The notes: generated by a model not told the origin, from the sequence alone. 64,000 nt of DNA from an uncultured Nitrospinota bacterium (GCA_963707985.1 CAVPRW010000042.1:260555-324554), one strand, 5' to 3'; shown: positions 1 to 10,745, counted from the stretch's first letter. Numbers and translations: made by a program.

Positions 1-1061
1 GTATCAGCTCTCGAACATGTACTGGGGCGGCACCCTGTACGCCATGCCGCTGGATGGCGATATCCATACCATGTTCTACAACAAGGTCGCCTTTGAACGG
101 CCAGAGAACAAAGACAAGTTCAAGGCCAGAGTATGGCTACGACTTGGCTCCGCCCCAGACCTGGAAGCAGTGGGATGATCAGGCGGCGTTTTTTTATGGT
201 TGGGGTTGGGATGGCAGTGATCGCAAGCTCTTCGGTGCGGGCGCGTCGTATAAAGAAAACAATTTTTCCTTTTATTGGTGGCGCCAACGCTTTTTCGCCT
301 ATGGTGGCCAATACTTCGATGAGAACATGAAGCCCTTGATTAATACCAAGCCGGGAATACGCGCCCTAGAAGAGCTGGTCAACACGATCCAATACTATCC
401 CCCGGGTGTGCTGCTCTTCGAAGCGGAGGAACCGAAAACCATGCTGATCAAGGGGGAGGTGCCGATGCTGGTGTCCTGGACTAGCACGGGCAAACGCGTC
501 GGCGACCCCAACCAGTCGTTGATCGTCGATAAGGCGGGTTTCGGCGTGCTCCCTGGGCATAAAGTCGACGGCAAAATCATTCATGCCTCGCCTAACACCG
601 GCGGACGCTCTTGGGCAATCTCCAGGTACTCGAAGGTGAAGGATGCCACCGCCATCGTCCTTGAGTTTGTTTCCTCGCCTGAGCAGAGCTTGAAGATCGT
701 CATGGATCCCAAGACGATCATGGACCCCTGGCGTAACTCCCATTTCACCTCGGAGAAATTCCGCTCTGCGTTTCCAGGCGCCGGTGAGTATCTGGACTCC
801 ATCAAGGAGAGCTTCGGCAAGACCGTACCCGGAGTATTGATTCCAGGGGGGAATGAATACCAACTTCGGATCGCTGATATGGTCAGCCGCGCACTGCAAA
901 AATCGATGACACCCAAGGAAGCCCTCGATCAGGCAGTTGAGGAGTGGGATAAGATCACCAAGCGGCGCGGCTTGAAGAAGCAGCAGGAACTTTGGCTGCA
1001 GCAGATGGCGGCCATGAAAGAGACAGGGGTTGTCTTCCGACCAGAGTTGGCCGATAAGTAG
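1..1061 (+). CDS. ABC sugar/carbohydrate substrate-binding protein (5' end outside window; frameshift near 128)
   Basis: Frame from nt 2 reads YQLSNMYWGGTLYAMPLDGDIHTMFYNK..., then shifts into the ORF 54..1061 frame (EYGYDLAPPQTW...TPKEALDQAVEEW); SBP_bac_1/8-like motifs. Confidence 0.85.
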   Translation, partial: ISSRTCTGAAPCTPCRWMAISIPCSTTRSPLNGQRTKTSSRPEYGYDLAPPQTWKQWDDQAAFFYGWGWDGSDRKLFGAGASYKENNFSFYWWRQRFFAYGGQYFDENMKPLINTKPGIRALEELVNTIQYYPPGVLLFEAEEPKTMLIKGEVPMLVSWTSTGKRVGDPNQSLIVDKAGFGVLPGHKVDGKIIHASPNTGGRSWAISRYSKVKDATAIVLEFVSSPEQSLKIVMDPKTIMDPWRNSHFTSEKFRSAFPGAGEYLDSIKESFGKTVPGVLIPGGNEYQLRIADMVSRALQKSMTPKEALDQAVEEWDKITKRRGLKKQQELWLQQMAAMKETGVVFRPELADK

Positions 1062-1114
1062 CGCATCCGACCCAGGGGGAGGCCAGCGCCTCCTACATCT
1101 CCTCCCCACCATCC

Positions 1115-1402
1115 TTCAATGCGGTCATCGCCGCCGTGGGGGATTGAGGCAGTTGCGCGTCGTGCCGTATGGACGACGCGATTCTGGCCGAGCAGGCTGG
1201 CATCCTGGCCACGGCTATCATGACCGATCGTTTCGCCCTGACCGCGCAGGTGATGGCCCAGGTATCTGGCCAGGTATCTGGCAGGCCCGGACACCCGTTT
1301 GCCGTCATGCCTCACCCCATTCGCCACAACAGCGACGCGGTCCTGCGGGAGAAGACCGCCGATGCAGTCCAGCAGTGCGCAAGGATTCTGTTGGCACGCT
1401 AA
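1115..1402 (+). pseudogene. UGSC-family selenoprotein, N-terminally truncated; in-frame TGA (Sec) at 1145-1147
   Basis: Frame upstream of ORF 1169 reads FNAVIAAVGD-TGA-GSCASCRMDDAILAEQAG; SECIS-like hairpin at 1156-1180; no convincing start for a full-length protein. Confidence 0.75.
1156..1180 (+). promoter_or_regulatory. Bacterial SECIS-like hairpin
   Basis: CGCGTCGT(1156-63) pairs perfectly with ACGACGCG(1173-80); inner CC/GG closes a GTAT loop starting 19 nt after the TGA. Confidence 0.65.
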
Positions 1403-1419
1403 CACAGGGGAAAAAACGT

Positions 1420-1685
1420 GGGGAAACTGCATAGTGTCGGAGCGGATTGCCGTGCTCCCAGAGTTTCGTGGGAGGGGCGTCGCGGTTGCCCTCATGACGG
1501 CGTTTGAAAACGCCGTCCAGGCCCTTGGAATCCCTGAAGCACGTGTGGGCGTCAGGGCCAGCCTTCCCGCGAACCTCCGTTTCTACGAGAATTTGGGCTA
1601 CCGTGCACTTGCGTCACAATCGTATCCGACCGGCACCGACGTCGAGCTGACGTTGAGCAAGGGTCTGGCAGCGAAGCCCCGATAA
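1420..1685 (+). pseudogene. GNAT acetyltransferase, C-terminal half only
   Basis: IAVLPEFRGRGVAVALM acetyl-CoA motif A and NLRFYENLGY; no N-terminal half. Confidence 0.7.
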
Positions 1686-1851
1686 TCCGCCAGCTAGTTC
1701 GTGGCCGCGTCTGCCAACATGTGGGTCGGGGTGATGCAGGCTGGATACTCTTTCAAGGAAGAGCTCCCCACCTTCCTCTTGTTCCTCTTGCTGCCGATTG
1801 CCAGAGCCGCGTTTGTGAAGTAAAAGTTTCTTTGCACTCGGAAAGACCCGA

Positions 1852-2217
1852 ATGGGCAAGAGCAGATTAGAGGCCTTTAGCGATGGCGTGATCGCCATCA
1901 TCATCACCATTATGGTCCTAGAGATGAAGGTGCCCCGCAGCGACAGTATCGAGGCCCTTGCGCCGCTGGTTCCGGTGTTCTTGAGTTATGTCTTGAGCTT
2001 CGTGTACGTTGGCATCTACTGGAAGGGCAAGCTGTCACCCATCGTGTATGTCCTCGCCATTCTTTCGGCATTTTGGTCGCAGTGGATCGCCCAAAGTCTT
2101 TACGTGTTAGTCGCACTCATCTGGCTGGTGCCGGATCGACGCATCGAGCGCGCGATTGGTGGTACAGACACATCAACAACCGTGGCACCAGATCCTCGGG
2201 TGAGACGGCAACGTTAG
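1852..2217 (+). pseudogene. TMEM175/DUF1211 channel family protein with in-frame internal deletion
   Basis: RLEAFSDGVIAIIITIMVLE signature; IYW is joined directly to the C-terminal KGKLSP...PDRRIE segment, so the central helices are missing. Confidence 0.75.
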
Positions 2218-2237
2218 ACAGATGGGAGGTATTGGAC

Positions 2238-2516
2238 GTGCCGAACCTCTCATACCTCTCTCAGAAGACGGTGGTCCAGGAGAGCCGCATTCACGACCGC
2301 GGCCTCTTTGCCCGCGAGTTCATTGCCAGCGGCGAAATCGTGGCCATCAAAGGCGGGTACATCCTCGATTCCGCGACCCTCCATGAAGTTGAGAAGCGCC
2401 TCGGTCCTGCCCAGCTTTCCGTTGCTGACGGCTTCTGCATCGGACCGCTTTGCACGGACGAGAGAGAAGGCGCGATGACCTCCAGCAATCACTCATGTGA
2501 TCCCAACAAGGATTAG
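2238..2516 (+). pseudogene. SET-domain protein, truncated
   Basis: GGGAGG RBS plus GTG; SRIHDRGLFARE and NHSCDPN motifs; stops immediately after NHSCDPN, lacking the ELxxDY segment. Confidence 0.7.
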
Positions 2517-3005
2517 GTATCCTAAACGAAACAGCTATTGTATCAGAAAGTGATACCTAATCTCTTAGCGAAGATTTGACAATACTATGTTGAACTATTG
2601 TATTATTCGATGTTTATGGAGAATTCGCGCCGAACACGTTTTCCCTAAACGTATCAAGACCGGATACCTAAACCAAGATCCTCGCGCTGCTCTTACTCCG
2701 CAGACTCGGTCGTCATTCGTTTGGGCTTTCTTCGCTTCGACCAACTTGGGCTCCCAGCCATCTTCATCGGACCGTACAGCCAGCCCTGAATAACCATGGC
2801 AGATCGACGAGGCTTCGCACCCCGACTCCACATGAGGCAGTATGGTTCCCCGCTCTTGACTGCTCTGAACGCGATGTGCTGAGAGGTAACGTTAGGTCAT
2901 TAGCGTCTGCTAGCGGGGCATCCGGTGGAGCGACACGATGGCAGTCCAGCCTTGGCGTAAGCATTGGGGTCGAAATCTACCCGACGCCAATGCTTACAAC
3001 CGATC

Positions 3006-3464
3006 TTACTGGCCACTGCTCGCGAGCCGCTCACTGACCTGTCGGGCGAAATCCTGCAACATCGCGTCGGCCCGTTTGCGCATCACTGGCTGGCCAAATT
3101 CCCCGATCTTGCCCAGCACATGCGTTTCGAGTGTGACGCGCATCTCAGTTTCGGCAGCTCCCTTTTGCAGCAGATCCATATCCATCCGGGCCCGTATCCC
3201 ACCGCCGAGCTTGCGATCCTTGGCCTCTGCGCGCATGGCCCCGTGCCATTGTTCGCGGTCCTTGGCCTCGACGTAAATCGTGCCCTGTAGGGCGAGAGCA
3301 ATGGGTCCCATCTTGATGCGCAAGGTACCGTCGTATGTCTCCTCGTTGACCTGTCGGACCGCCTCAACGCCGGGGAGGCACTGGGCAATATTCTGCATGT
3401 CCATGAGAAAATCCCAGACCGCCTCTCGGCTGGCGGCAATAGTACATGACTGTGTAAAAGTCAT
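3006..3464 (-). CDS. coxG: CoxG/SRPBCC-family accessory protein
   Basis: MTFTQSCTIAASREAVWDFLMD...CLPG...GKIGEFGQ; downstream of the Mo-hydroxylase subunits. Confidence 0.85.
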   Translation of the reverse strand: MTFTQSCTIAASREAVWDFLMDMQNIAQCLPGVEAVRQVNEETYDGTLRIKMGPIALALQGTIYVEAKDREQWHGAMRAEAKDRKLGGGIRARMDMDLLQKGAAETEMRVTLETHVLGKIGEFGQPVMRKRADAMLQDFARQVSERLASSGQ

Positions 3465-3495
3465 CAGACGTTCTCCAACTCGTGCGGTATAAAAT

Positions 3496-3590
3496 CCCCT
3501 CTCCCGGCGGGAGAGGGAAGGGGTGGGGGAAGCTCTCAAAAAGAGCAAACCGTCCCCGCCCCAGGCCTCTCCCTGTCGGGAGAGAGTGAA
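3496..3590. repeat. REP-like CCCTCTCCC-N3/4-GGGAGAGGG palindromes (2 copies)
   Basis: Hairpins at ~3496-3517 and ~3567-3586; same family at ~11560, ~15270 and 25249-25385. Confidence 0.75.
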
Positions 3591-3619
3591 ACGGCTCAGG
3601 GGAATTGTTCGGCTGGCCT

Positions 3620-4494
3620 TTAGACCGCTGCCGACGCGCGTTGCCATGCCTGCTCCAGCGCCCGCCGGACGAACACCCCTGCCATGGCGCGCTTGTAGTC
3701 GGCAGAACCACGCGCATCGCTGATGGGGTCGGTCACCCGTTGCGCCAGGACACCTGCCTCTCGTGCCAGTTCTGGCGTGAGACGCTGTCCACGCACCAGC
3801 GCCTCGGCCTCGGGGGCTCGCACTGCAGTGGAGGCGACGCATCCCATGGCTATGCGGCAATCCAGACAGGTCCCACTCGCTGGGTCAATGGTCACCGTTG
3901 CCGCCACGCCGACCGTGGCATAGTCGTCCGCCGTGCGGGGCAAGAATTTTAAATAGACGCTGCCCGAGTGGGGTGCCAACACCGGCACGACCACCTCGGT
4001 GACCAACTCGTCCGCTTGACGCACGGTTTCATAATAGTCGGTGAAAAACTCCCCGATTGGCACCTGGCGCGAGCCTGCCGTCGACCTCAACCCCACTTGT
4101 GCGTCAAGGGCCAGTAGGATGACCGGCGGGTCCTGATTAGGGTCGGCATGCGCCAACGCCCCGCCGACCGTGGCCACATTGCGAATCCGGATGGTCGCCA
4201 CATGCGCATAGGTCTCGGCTAACGACGGCAAACGACTGCGCACCGCTGAGACTGTTCCACGGCGCGATGCGTGGTCAGGGCTCCGAGCTGGATCTCACCA
4301 TTCCGCGCATTGATCTGATCTAAGCCACGGATTTTCTGTAAGCTGATGAGGCAGTCGGGCATCACCAACCGTTGCTTCATCATGATCACCAGCGCCGTAC
4401 CCCCGGCCATGACCCTGGCATCTTCGCCGAGGTCGTGCATCAGTGTGAGCGCCTCCTCAACTGTGTCAGGTTGACGAAACTCAAAGGCATTCAT
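3620..4494 (-). CDS. Xanthine dehydrogenase/CoxM-family FAD-binding subunit (frameshift ~4245)
   Basis: MNAFEFRQPDTVEEAL..AGGTAL in one frame and IRNVATVGG..ADP in ORF 3620..4243. Confidence 0.85.
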
Positions 4495-4973
4495 GACACC
4501 CTCTCCGTTTGCATGCGGGTAGCGGCACCGCGGATGGACTCGATGATCTTGTAATAGCCTGTGCAGCGACAGAGGTTCCCCATCATCCAGTCCTTGATAT
4601 CGTCGTCGGATGGGTTCTGGTTCTGATCCAGCAGTGCTTTGGCCGCAACGACCATGCCCGGCGTGCAGATGCCGCACTGAAAGCCGCCGAAATCGATGAA
4701 CGCCTGCTGTACCGGATGCAATTTCCCATCCTGTGCCAGGCCCTCGACCGTCGTGATCTCTTTGCCGTCTGCCAGGACCGCCAACGTCAGGCACGAGCTC
4801 ACCAGGACCCCATCCATCACCACCGTGCAGGCCCCGCATACCCCGACACTGCATCCCTCTTTCGTGCCGGTAAGCCCCAAATCATAGCGTAGACAGTCGA
4901 TGAGCAGTCGTTGCGACGGCACATCCGTCGTGTAATCTTTGCCATTCACCCGCATCCGAATCATGTGAGTCAT
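4491..4973 (-). CDS. (2Fe-2S)-binding small subunit, CoxS/CutS family
   Basis: GTKEGCSVGVCGAC, QCGICTPG and GNLCRCTGY motifs. Confidence 0.93.
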   Translation of the reverse strand: MTHMIRMRVNGKDYTTDVPSQRLLIDCLRYDLGLTGTKEGCSVGVCGACTVVMDGVLVSSCLTLAVLADGKEITTVEGLAQDGKLHPVQQAFIDFGGFQCGICTPGMVVAAKALLDQNQNPSDDDIKDWMMGNLCRCTGYYKIIESIRGAATRMQTERVS

Positions 4974-7297
4974 CAGCTCCTCCTGTCTTCCTGTGGCGTT
5001 TCCTCGCCAACTCCCTGCTGCGCCTGCAATGCACGGTACACCTTCTCTGCAGTGATCGGCAGATCACAAATACGGACGCCCACCGCATCGTACAGGGCGT
5101 TAGCGATCGCCGCGGTGATGGGTGTGATACTACTCTCGCCGATCGATTTCCCCTGGAACGGTACTGGACCGAGCGGCTCCTGCACCAAGACCGTTTTCAG
5201 CGGCGGAATGTCTTTGATGTTGGGAAGCTTGTAATCGCCGAGGCTCAGCGTCGACACGCGCCCATCCTCGGCGCGCATCTCCTCGATCATGCCGAAACCG
5301 ATCCCTTGAATAAGCCCTCCCTCGATTTGTCCCTGATGGCCAAGTGGATTGATGATCGTCCCCACATCGTGCGCCGTGACGACCTCAAGCAGCGTCATCT
5401 GGCCAGTCTCGGGGTCCACCTCCAGTTCGACGGCCTGCGCGGTGAAGCCGGTGACATGGGGATATTCCGTCACCCGATAGGTCTTCTGAACGGTCAATGG
5501 GCGCTCGTGGGCCAAGGCGGCCCTGGCCACGTCGGCCAGCGATAGGCTGGTCTCAGCGTTGGTTGCCACGGTACAGCGTCCGCCGCTGAGCGTGACGTCA
5601 TTCGGCTGGCAGCCAAGGAGCTGTGCCGCTACCTCCCGGATGAGTGTCTTGAGCTCCTCTGCGGCCTGATAGGTCGCCTGGCCAGCGACGTGAGTCACGC
5701 GGCTGCCACCCGCCCCCGAGTCGGCCTCGAAGGCATCGGTGGTGGCGATCTGGACCCGCACCTGCTCGATCGGAAGCGACATCGTCTCGGCGACGATCTG
5801 TCGCAATACGGTGTGCGACCCCGTGCCGGTATCGGGCGCGGCCGTCAGCAGCGTGACAGTGCCATCGCCTTCCACGGTGACCTGGGCATTGGCATCACCG
5901 ATGCCGATGTGCCGATGCGACACTGCTAAGCCACGGCCAACGTTGGGGCGTGGCTTCGCTTGCCCCCAGCCTGAGGCATGCACAACGGCTTCCAACGTTT
6001 CCTGGACCTTGACATGCTCGACGGGATGGCCGCTCGGCAAGCGGTCGCCGTCTTTTAACAAGTTTCGACGCCGGAATTCCAGGGGATCGAGGCCCAATGC
6101 CTCGGCCATCATATCCATGGCAGACTCCACGGCAAAGGTGACTTGCGGGTCGCCGGGCGCTCGCATATGCCCAGCTGGTACACAGTTGGTATAAACCGAG
6201 TACGCGTCGATGCGGATGTTCGGGATGCCATAGGCGCCCGCAGCCTGGCTAGCGCCGGTGATGTTGACCACTGGTGTGGGCTTGAAGGCAGCGTAGGCGC
6301 CGCTATTGAAGATCGCCTTGGCTTCCCGTGCGACGATGATGCCTTCTCGCGTCACGCCGGTGCGCAGCACGACCGTGGTCGGATGACGTGGATTGCCTGC
6401 CATCAACTCCTCGGTATAGGTCATCACCATCTTCACCGGGCGGCCGGTACGGCGGGCCAGGTGGTAGCACAGCGGCAGGTCCATGAGCGAGCCCTTGCCG
6501 CCAAAATCGCCGCCGATGGGAGTGAGGTGGACCAGGATCTGCTCCAGGGGAATCTGCACCGCATCCGCCAGTAGCTCACGCGTCCGGAAGGGCATCTTAT
6601 TGCTTAGCCAGACATGGGCACGGCCGTCAGACTCGATCGCCACCACCGAGGCATGAGGCTCGATGTAGCCTTGATGCACATAGTGCGTCGTGAAGGTATA
6701 CTCAAAAACCTGTGTGGCCGCGGCGAATCCCTGCTCGACATCTCCCAATTGCCAGGTGACATGGGAGTGAACGTTGGGGAGGTCGGAAAAATATTGGGCA
6801 GGAGCATGCGGATATAAGCGATACTGCGGATGGAGTTGCGGTGCGTCTGGTTTCATCGCCTCCTGAGCGTCGAAGACCGCTGGGAGTTCCTCGTATTCGA
6901 CCTCGATGAGGGCCAAAGCCTCGTCGGCCAGGTCGGGGTCCTCCACTGCAACCATGGCCAGTTTCTCGCCGATAAACCGTACGCGGTCTTTGGCAAGGAC
7001 GGGCATATCGTACACACGACGCCCGATCAGCAGGTCTGGTAGATCTTTGGCGGTCAGCACGGCCAGCACTCCAGGCAGACGCTCGGCAGCGCTGGTATCG
7101 ATACGGACGATGCGTGCATGTGGCAGGGGGCTGCGCAAAGCTTTGCCCCAGATCATGCTGGGCAATCGTATGTCGGCGCTATAGGTGGCGGCACCGGTGA
7201 CCTTGGCCGGCCCCTCGATCCGGCCAAGCGGTTTGCCGACAGCGCTGTAGGTCATCGGCTGCATCCCCCTTTGGTCACTGCTGCCAGTGTGTGTCAT
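4973..7297 (-). CDS. Xanthine dehydrogenase-family molybdopterin-binding large subunit (not CO dehydrogenase)
   Basis: GGDFGGK, HMRAPG active-site loop, GQIEGG, GKSIGE (catalytic Glu present). Confidence 0.92.
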   Translation of the reverse strand: MTHTGSSDQRGMQPMTYSAVGKPLGRIEGPAKVTGAATYSADIRLPSMIWGKALRSPLPHARIVRIDTSAAERLPGVLAVLTAKDLPDLLIGRRVYDMPVLAKDRVRFIGEKLAMVAVEDPDLADEALALIEVEYEELPAVFDAQEAMKPDAPQLHPQYRLYPHAPAQYFSDLPNVHSHVTWQLGDVEQGFAAATQVFEYTFTTHYVHQGYIEPHASVVAIESDGRAHVWLSNKMPFRTRELLADAVQIPLEQILVHLTPIGGDFGGKGSLMDLPLCYHLARRTGRPVKMVMTYTEELMAGNPRHPTTVVLRTGVTREGIIVAREAKAIFNSGAYAAFKPTPVVNITGASQAAGAYGIPNIRIDAYSVYTNCVPAGHMRAPGDPQVTFAVESAMDMMAEALGLDPLEFRRRNLLKDGDRLPSGHPVEHVKVQETLEAVVHASGWGQAKPRPNVGRGLAVSHRHIGIGDANAQVTVEGDGTVTLLTAAPDTGTGSHTVLRQIVAETMSLPIEQVRVQIATTDAFEADSGAGGSRVTHVAGQATYQAAEELKTLIREVAAQLLGCQPNDVTLSGGRCTVATNAETSLSLADVARAALAHERPLTVQKTYRVTEYPHVTGFTAQAVELEVDPETGQMTLLEVVTAHDVGTIINPLGHQGQIEGGLIQGIGFGMIEEMRAEDGRVSTLSLGDYKLPNIKDIPPLKTVLVQEPLGPVPFQGKSIGESSITPITAAIANALYDAVGVRICDLPITAEKVYRALQAQQGVGEETPQEDRRS

Positions 7298-7555
7298 GAA
7301 AATCCCCCCCGCTATCGATGTTCACTCTTTCGGAAAAGCCCCCAATTGTATCGTGTCCTCAGGCCCTGGTAAAGTCCTGAGTCATAGCCTGACGTGGTTT
7401 GGCGCATTCCTCGCGAGTGTGACTCTTGCCCTGCGCCATTCTTCCCGGTAAGATCTGGCCGAGGTAAGAAATGGCTGGTGTCACCCGACGCATCAGGGCG
7501 TAGCTCGCCTGATGACGGCTGTGCAGAAGCTTTGGTGCCAAAGGAGAGAACGATT

Positions 7556-7993
7556 ATGAAGCTGCGAACCGGCGATCCCTGGATGCCCGCCCCCAAGTAT
7601 AGTCATACCCTGCAGGGGCTGACGCTCAATCTCTTGGTGCGGGACATCACCAGGTCGCTGCCCTTTCATCGTGAGGTGCTCGGCGCCCAGGTGGTCTATA
7701 GCGATGCCGATTTCGCCGTGTTGCGCTATGGCGAGGTCGAATGGATGCTCCACGCCGATCATACCTACCTGGATCACCCCTTGCACGCCAGCCTCTCCGA
7801 GGAGACACCGCGTGGTGTGGGAGCCGAGCTCCGGTTGCATGGGCGCGATCCTGATGAGGCTGAAGCCATGGCGCGCCGGCTTGGCTTCGCGGTGCTGGCT
7901 GGTTCCATCGATAAGCCCCACGGTCTCCGGGAAGCCTATCTTGTCGATCCGGATGGGTATCTGTGGGTACCCGATATCCCCTCGCCGCATTGA
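7556..7993 (+). CDS. VOC/glyoxalase family protein
   Basis: AGGAG RBS; LLVRDI..SLPFH, DKPHGLREAYLVDPDGYLW. Confidence 0.85.
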   Translation: MKLRTGDPWMPAPKYSHTLQGLTLNLLVRDITRSLPFHREVLGAQVVYSDADFAVLRYGEVEWMLHADHTYLDHPLHASLSEETPRGVGAELRLHGRDPDEAEAMARRLGFAVLAGSIDKPHGLREAYLVDPDGYLWVPDIPSPH

Positions 7994-8050
7994 GCAGCAG
8001 GCACTTCGGGCTGACCGACAATTCCCCACGTCGATTCTCGATGAAAGCTC

Positions 8051-9616
8051 ATGAGCCACCTGGAGGCTCTGGAGACTCGTCCGGCATGTCCAGCGCTCGA
8101 AGAAATACTCAACGGGGTCAATCCCTTAGACGAATTTCGGCGCTTGAAGCAAGCACGGAAGCCTGACACCCGACGTGGCAACTCACCTCGCGTCCGAGGC
8201 TGCAGGGGCGCTCCTGAAGCAGCACACCGCGTCGGGGAACTACCCGCGCGATGCGGTTACGCTGCTCTGCGAGCTGGCAACCCAGGACGATGCGATATTG
8301 GCAAGGATCGGCGTCCAGGGCCTGTTTCCCTTGTTGGTGGAACCCCTGGGGGATGCGTTTACGCCGGCGGCCTGCATCATCTATAATCGACTCTTTGCCC
8401 AGGTGATTCAATATTGCCGCCAGCGACCGGAGGGTACGGCGATCGATCAATGCTTACGGGATTTCGGACTCATCACCGAAACCGATCTTCTGACGTATGC
8501 AGCAAGAGTTCGCGCCCCTGCGCAATTTAGCCAGAAGTACAGCCGCCAGATCAAGAAAGCCTTTGTCCTGTCGCGCGTGACTCTAGGCGCGGATATTGCC
8601 GTTTCCAGTGTGGTGCTTGCGGCGTTAAAAGAAATCTGTCCACAAGCAGAGATCAAACTGGTGGCCAATGCCAAGACCATGCAACTCTTTGCCGGAGACC
8701 CGCGTGTACAGCTATGCGCCATTGAATACCCGCGCGGCGGCAGGCTCATCGAGCGGCTCACGAGCTGGCTTGGCGCCGTTGAGGTACTCCGGCAAGAGAC
8801 GTTGGGGCTAGACCCCACTGAGTATATGATTGTCGACCCAGACTCCCGCCTGACCCAGCTCGGCATCCTACCACTGGTGGCTGATCAACGCTCCTATCTG
8901 TTCTTCGAAAGTCGCAGCTACTGTGCGGCAGGACTGCAGAAACTGGGGGCCTTAACAGCCCACTGGCTGCAACAGGTATTTGGCATGGCAGACTCGCTCT
9001 ATCCCTATTGTGCGCCATCGCAGTTGGATGTCGCGGCCGCGCAGCGGATCATCGGTGCTCTCAAGAGGTGTACCACGGGGCCGATTGTCAGCCTCAGCCT
9101 CGGTGTCGGGTCCAACCCTGCGAAACGGCTGCCGGACCCGTTTGAGCTTCGATTGCTGGTCCGCCTCTTGTCCGCGGGGGCGACCGTGATCTTGGATAAA
9201 GGCGGCGATGCGGAGGAAATGGGGCGTATCGATACCCTCGTCACCAAGCTAGGAAGAGGAAGGCTTTCATGCGGTCGGCCCTGGATGAACGCTGCGACGT
9301 GGTCGCATCGCCGGCAGAGGTCGACGGCGCATCGTTGTTGACCTGGCAGGGTGGCATCGGACGTTTTGCGGCCTTGATCGGCGAAAGTACGGTGTATGTC
9401 GGTTATGATTCGGCCGGGCAGCATATCGCGGCGGCGCTCGGAGTCCCGACCATCGACATTTTCACCGGTTTCACCTCACCGCGGATGCCGGAGCGCTGGT
9501 CACCCCACGGTCCAGGTCCTGTCCACGTGCTCGTGCTGGACGCCGTCGAAACATATTCCTCGGCACGCCTTGACGCGATCGTGGACGACGTGCTGGGGCA
9601 TATCCCGCGAGGCTAG
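8051..9616 (+). CDS. Glycosyltransferase family 9 (heptosyltransferase-like) with N-terminal extension; frameshifts ~8170 and ~9260
   Basis: SRVTLGADIAV, NPAKR, YVGYDSAGQHIAAALGVPTI..F (GT9 DSG..HxAAALG motif) spread over ORFs 8051, 8175 and 9269. Confidence 0.75.
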
Positions 9617-9873
9617 ATGTCCTCTTCCAGCAACTCATCGACCCAGGCACTCCATTCGGCCAGCGATTGCTGAGGGGGCGTAGGGGTGGTCCCATACCGC
9701 GGGGCAAAATGTCCATAGGGACCGTAAGAGGCGAAATGTTCCAGGCAGGGGCTGCAATAATAGAGCACTCCGAGCACGTGCGTGCCAGGGTCATGCAGCA
9801 CAATGCGGTGAATCTTCGAGTCGGCGGGGACTCGATTGGAGCAGCCAGGCGTTGAGCAGCGCATCTGATGCAT
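9613..9873 (-). CDS. Small hypothetical protein with CxxxxC...CxxC (possible zinc ribbon)
   Basis: MRCSTPGC...YYCSPC; acidic amphipathic C-terminus. Confidence 0.4.
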   Translation of the reverse strand: MHQMRCSTPGCSNRVPADSKIHRIVLHDPGTHVLGVLYYCSPCLEHFASYGPYGHFAPRYGTTPTPPQQSLAEWSAWVDELLEEDI

Positions 9874-10189
9874 AGCTGGTACTATAGCACAGTGAGGGCG
9901 TGATGATACAACGATTTCGACATGATCGCAGCGGTGCCCCCTGAAGATTGATCGATTTTCTTCCCTTTGGCGTGCAGCCTATCCGGCGCTTTTGCCAAGA
10001 TGATTCCGGGAAGGGGGTCCGCCGCCATGGGTGTGTGCTACCTTTTGCCCATACCTTACCTTGATACGATGAACACGAACCGTCCACCCATCCTACTGGA
10101 GAGAGCACCATGGAGGCACCGAGAGGTTTCACGGGTCTGGAGTACGCCCCGCTTGTCTCCCTGCAATGCTTATCTATTTGATGAGTCGA

Positions 10190-10683
10190 TCAGACTCTTT
10201 GCAATGCGAGGCAATCGTATCGCACTTGTTTTGCACCGATAAGTTTATCAGAATCGGGAGTACTCTCACCCCGTCGAGTCTTCAATACAAGTAAGTTAGC
10301 TGCAAGAATTGGTGGCATGTTCTCCAGGATGGGAGTGCAATCCAGCGTTCTGCGTTGGTCGAAGACTATAACTTTGGCGAGACTATGCTTCACTGCAAGC
10401 GAAGAAATCCGCGATATTAAGTTCATAACGTGTTGATACCCAGCCCGATCAATTACCAGCATGATTTTCCCAGCCTTCATCATCCGTAAGAGATCAAGAG
10501 TATTTCTAATTACCACATCATAGACGCTTTGCGGAATCTCGTTTAAACAATTCTGAAACATCACGAGGCTGGCCTCGCTGATTCTATTGGGACAATCGAT
10601 TGGAGTGAAAAAACCGACAGCCGATCCAGGACGAGTTAGATCGAAAGAGGATGGATGTGCTTCAAAGAGGTTCCTGTCCATTA
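10190..10683 (-). CDS. Hypothetical protein or fragment, AT-richer than its surroundings
   Basis: Non-overlapping part of ORF 10190..10903 has protein-like composition; no recognised motif. Confidence 0.3.
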
Positions 10684-10745
10684 TCGACGGTACCAAGTAG
10701 TCAAGTGCAATTTGCCTGGAGTACCTCCAGCTCTCAGATGCGACA

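Noticed and set aside
3006..7297. Aerobic CO dehydrogenase
   Set aside because: The large subunit has HMRAPG, not the form I AYxCSFR motif; substrate unknown.
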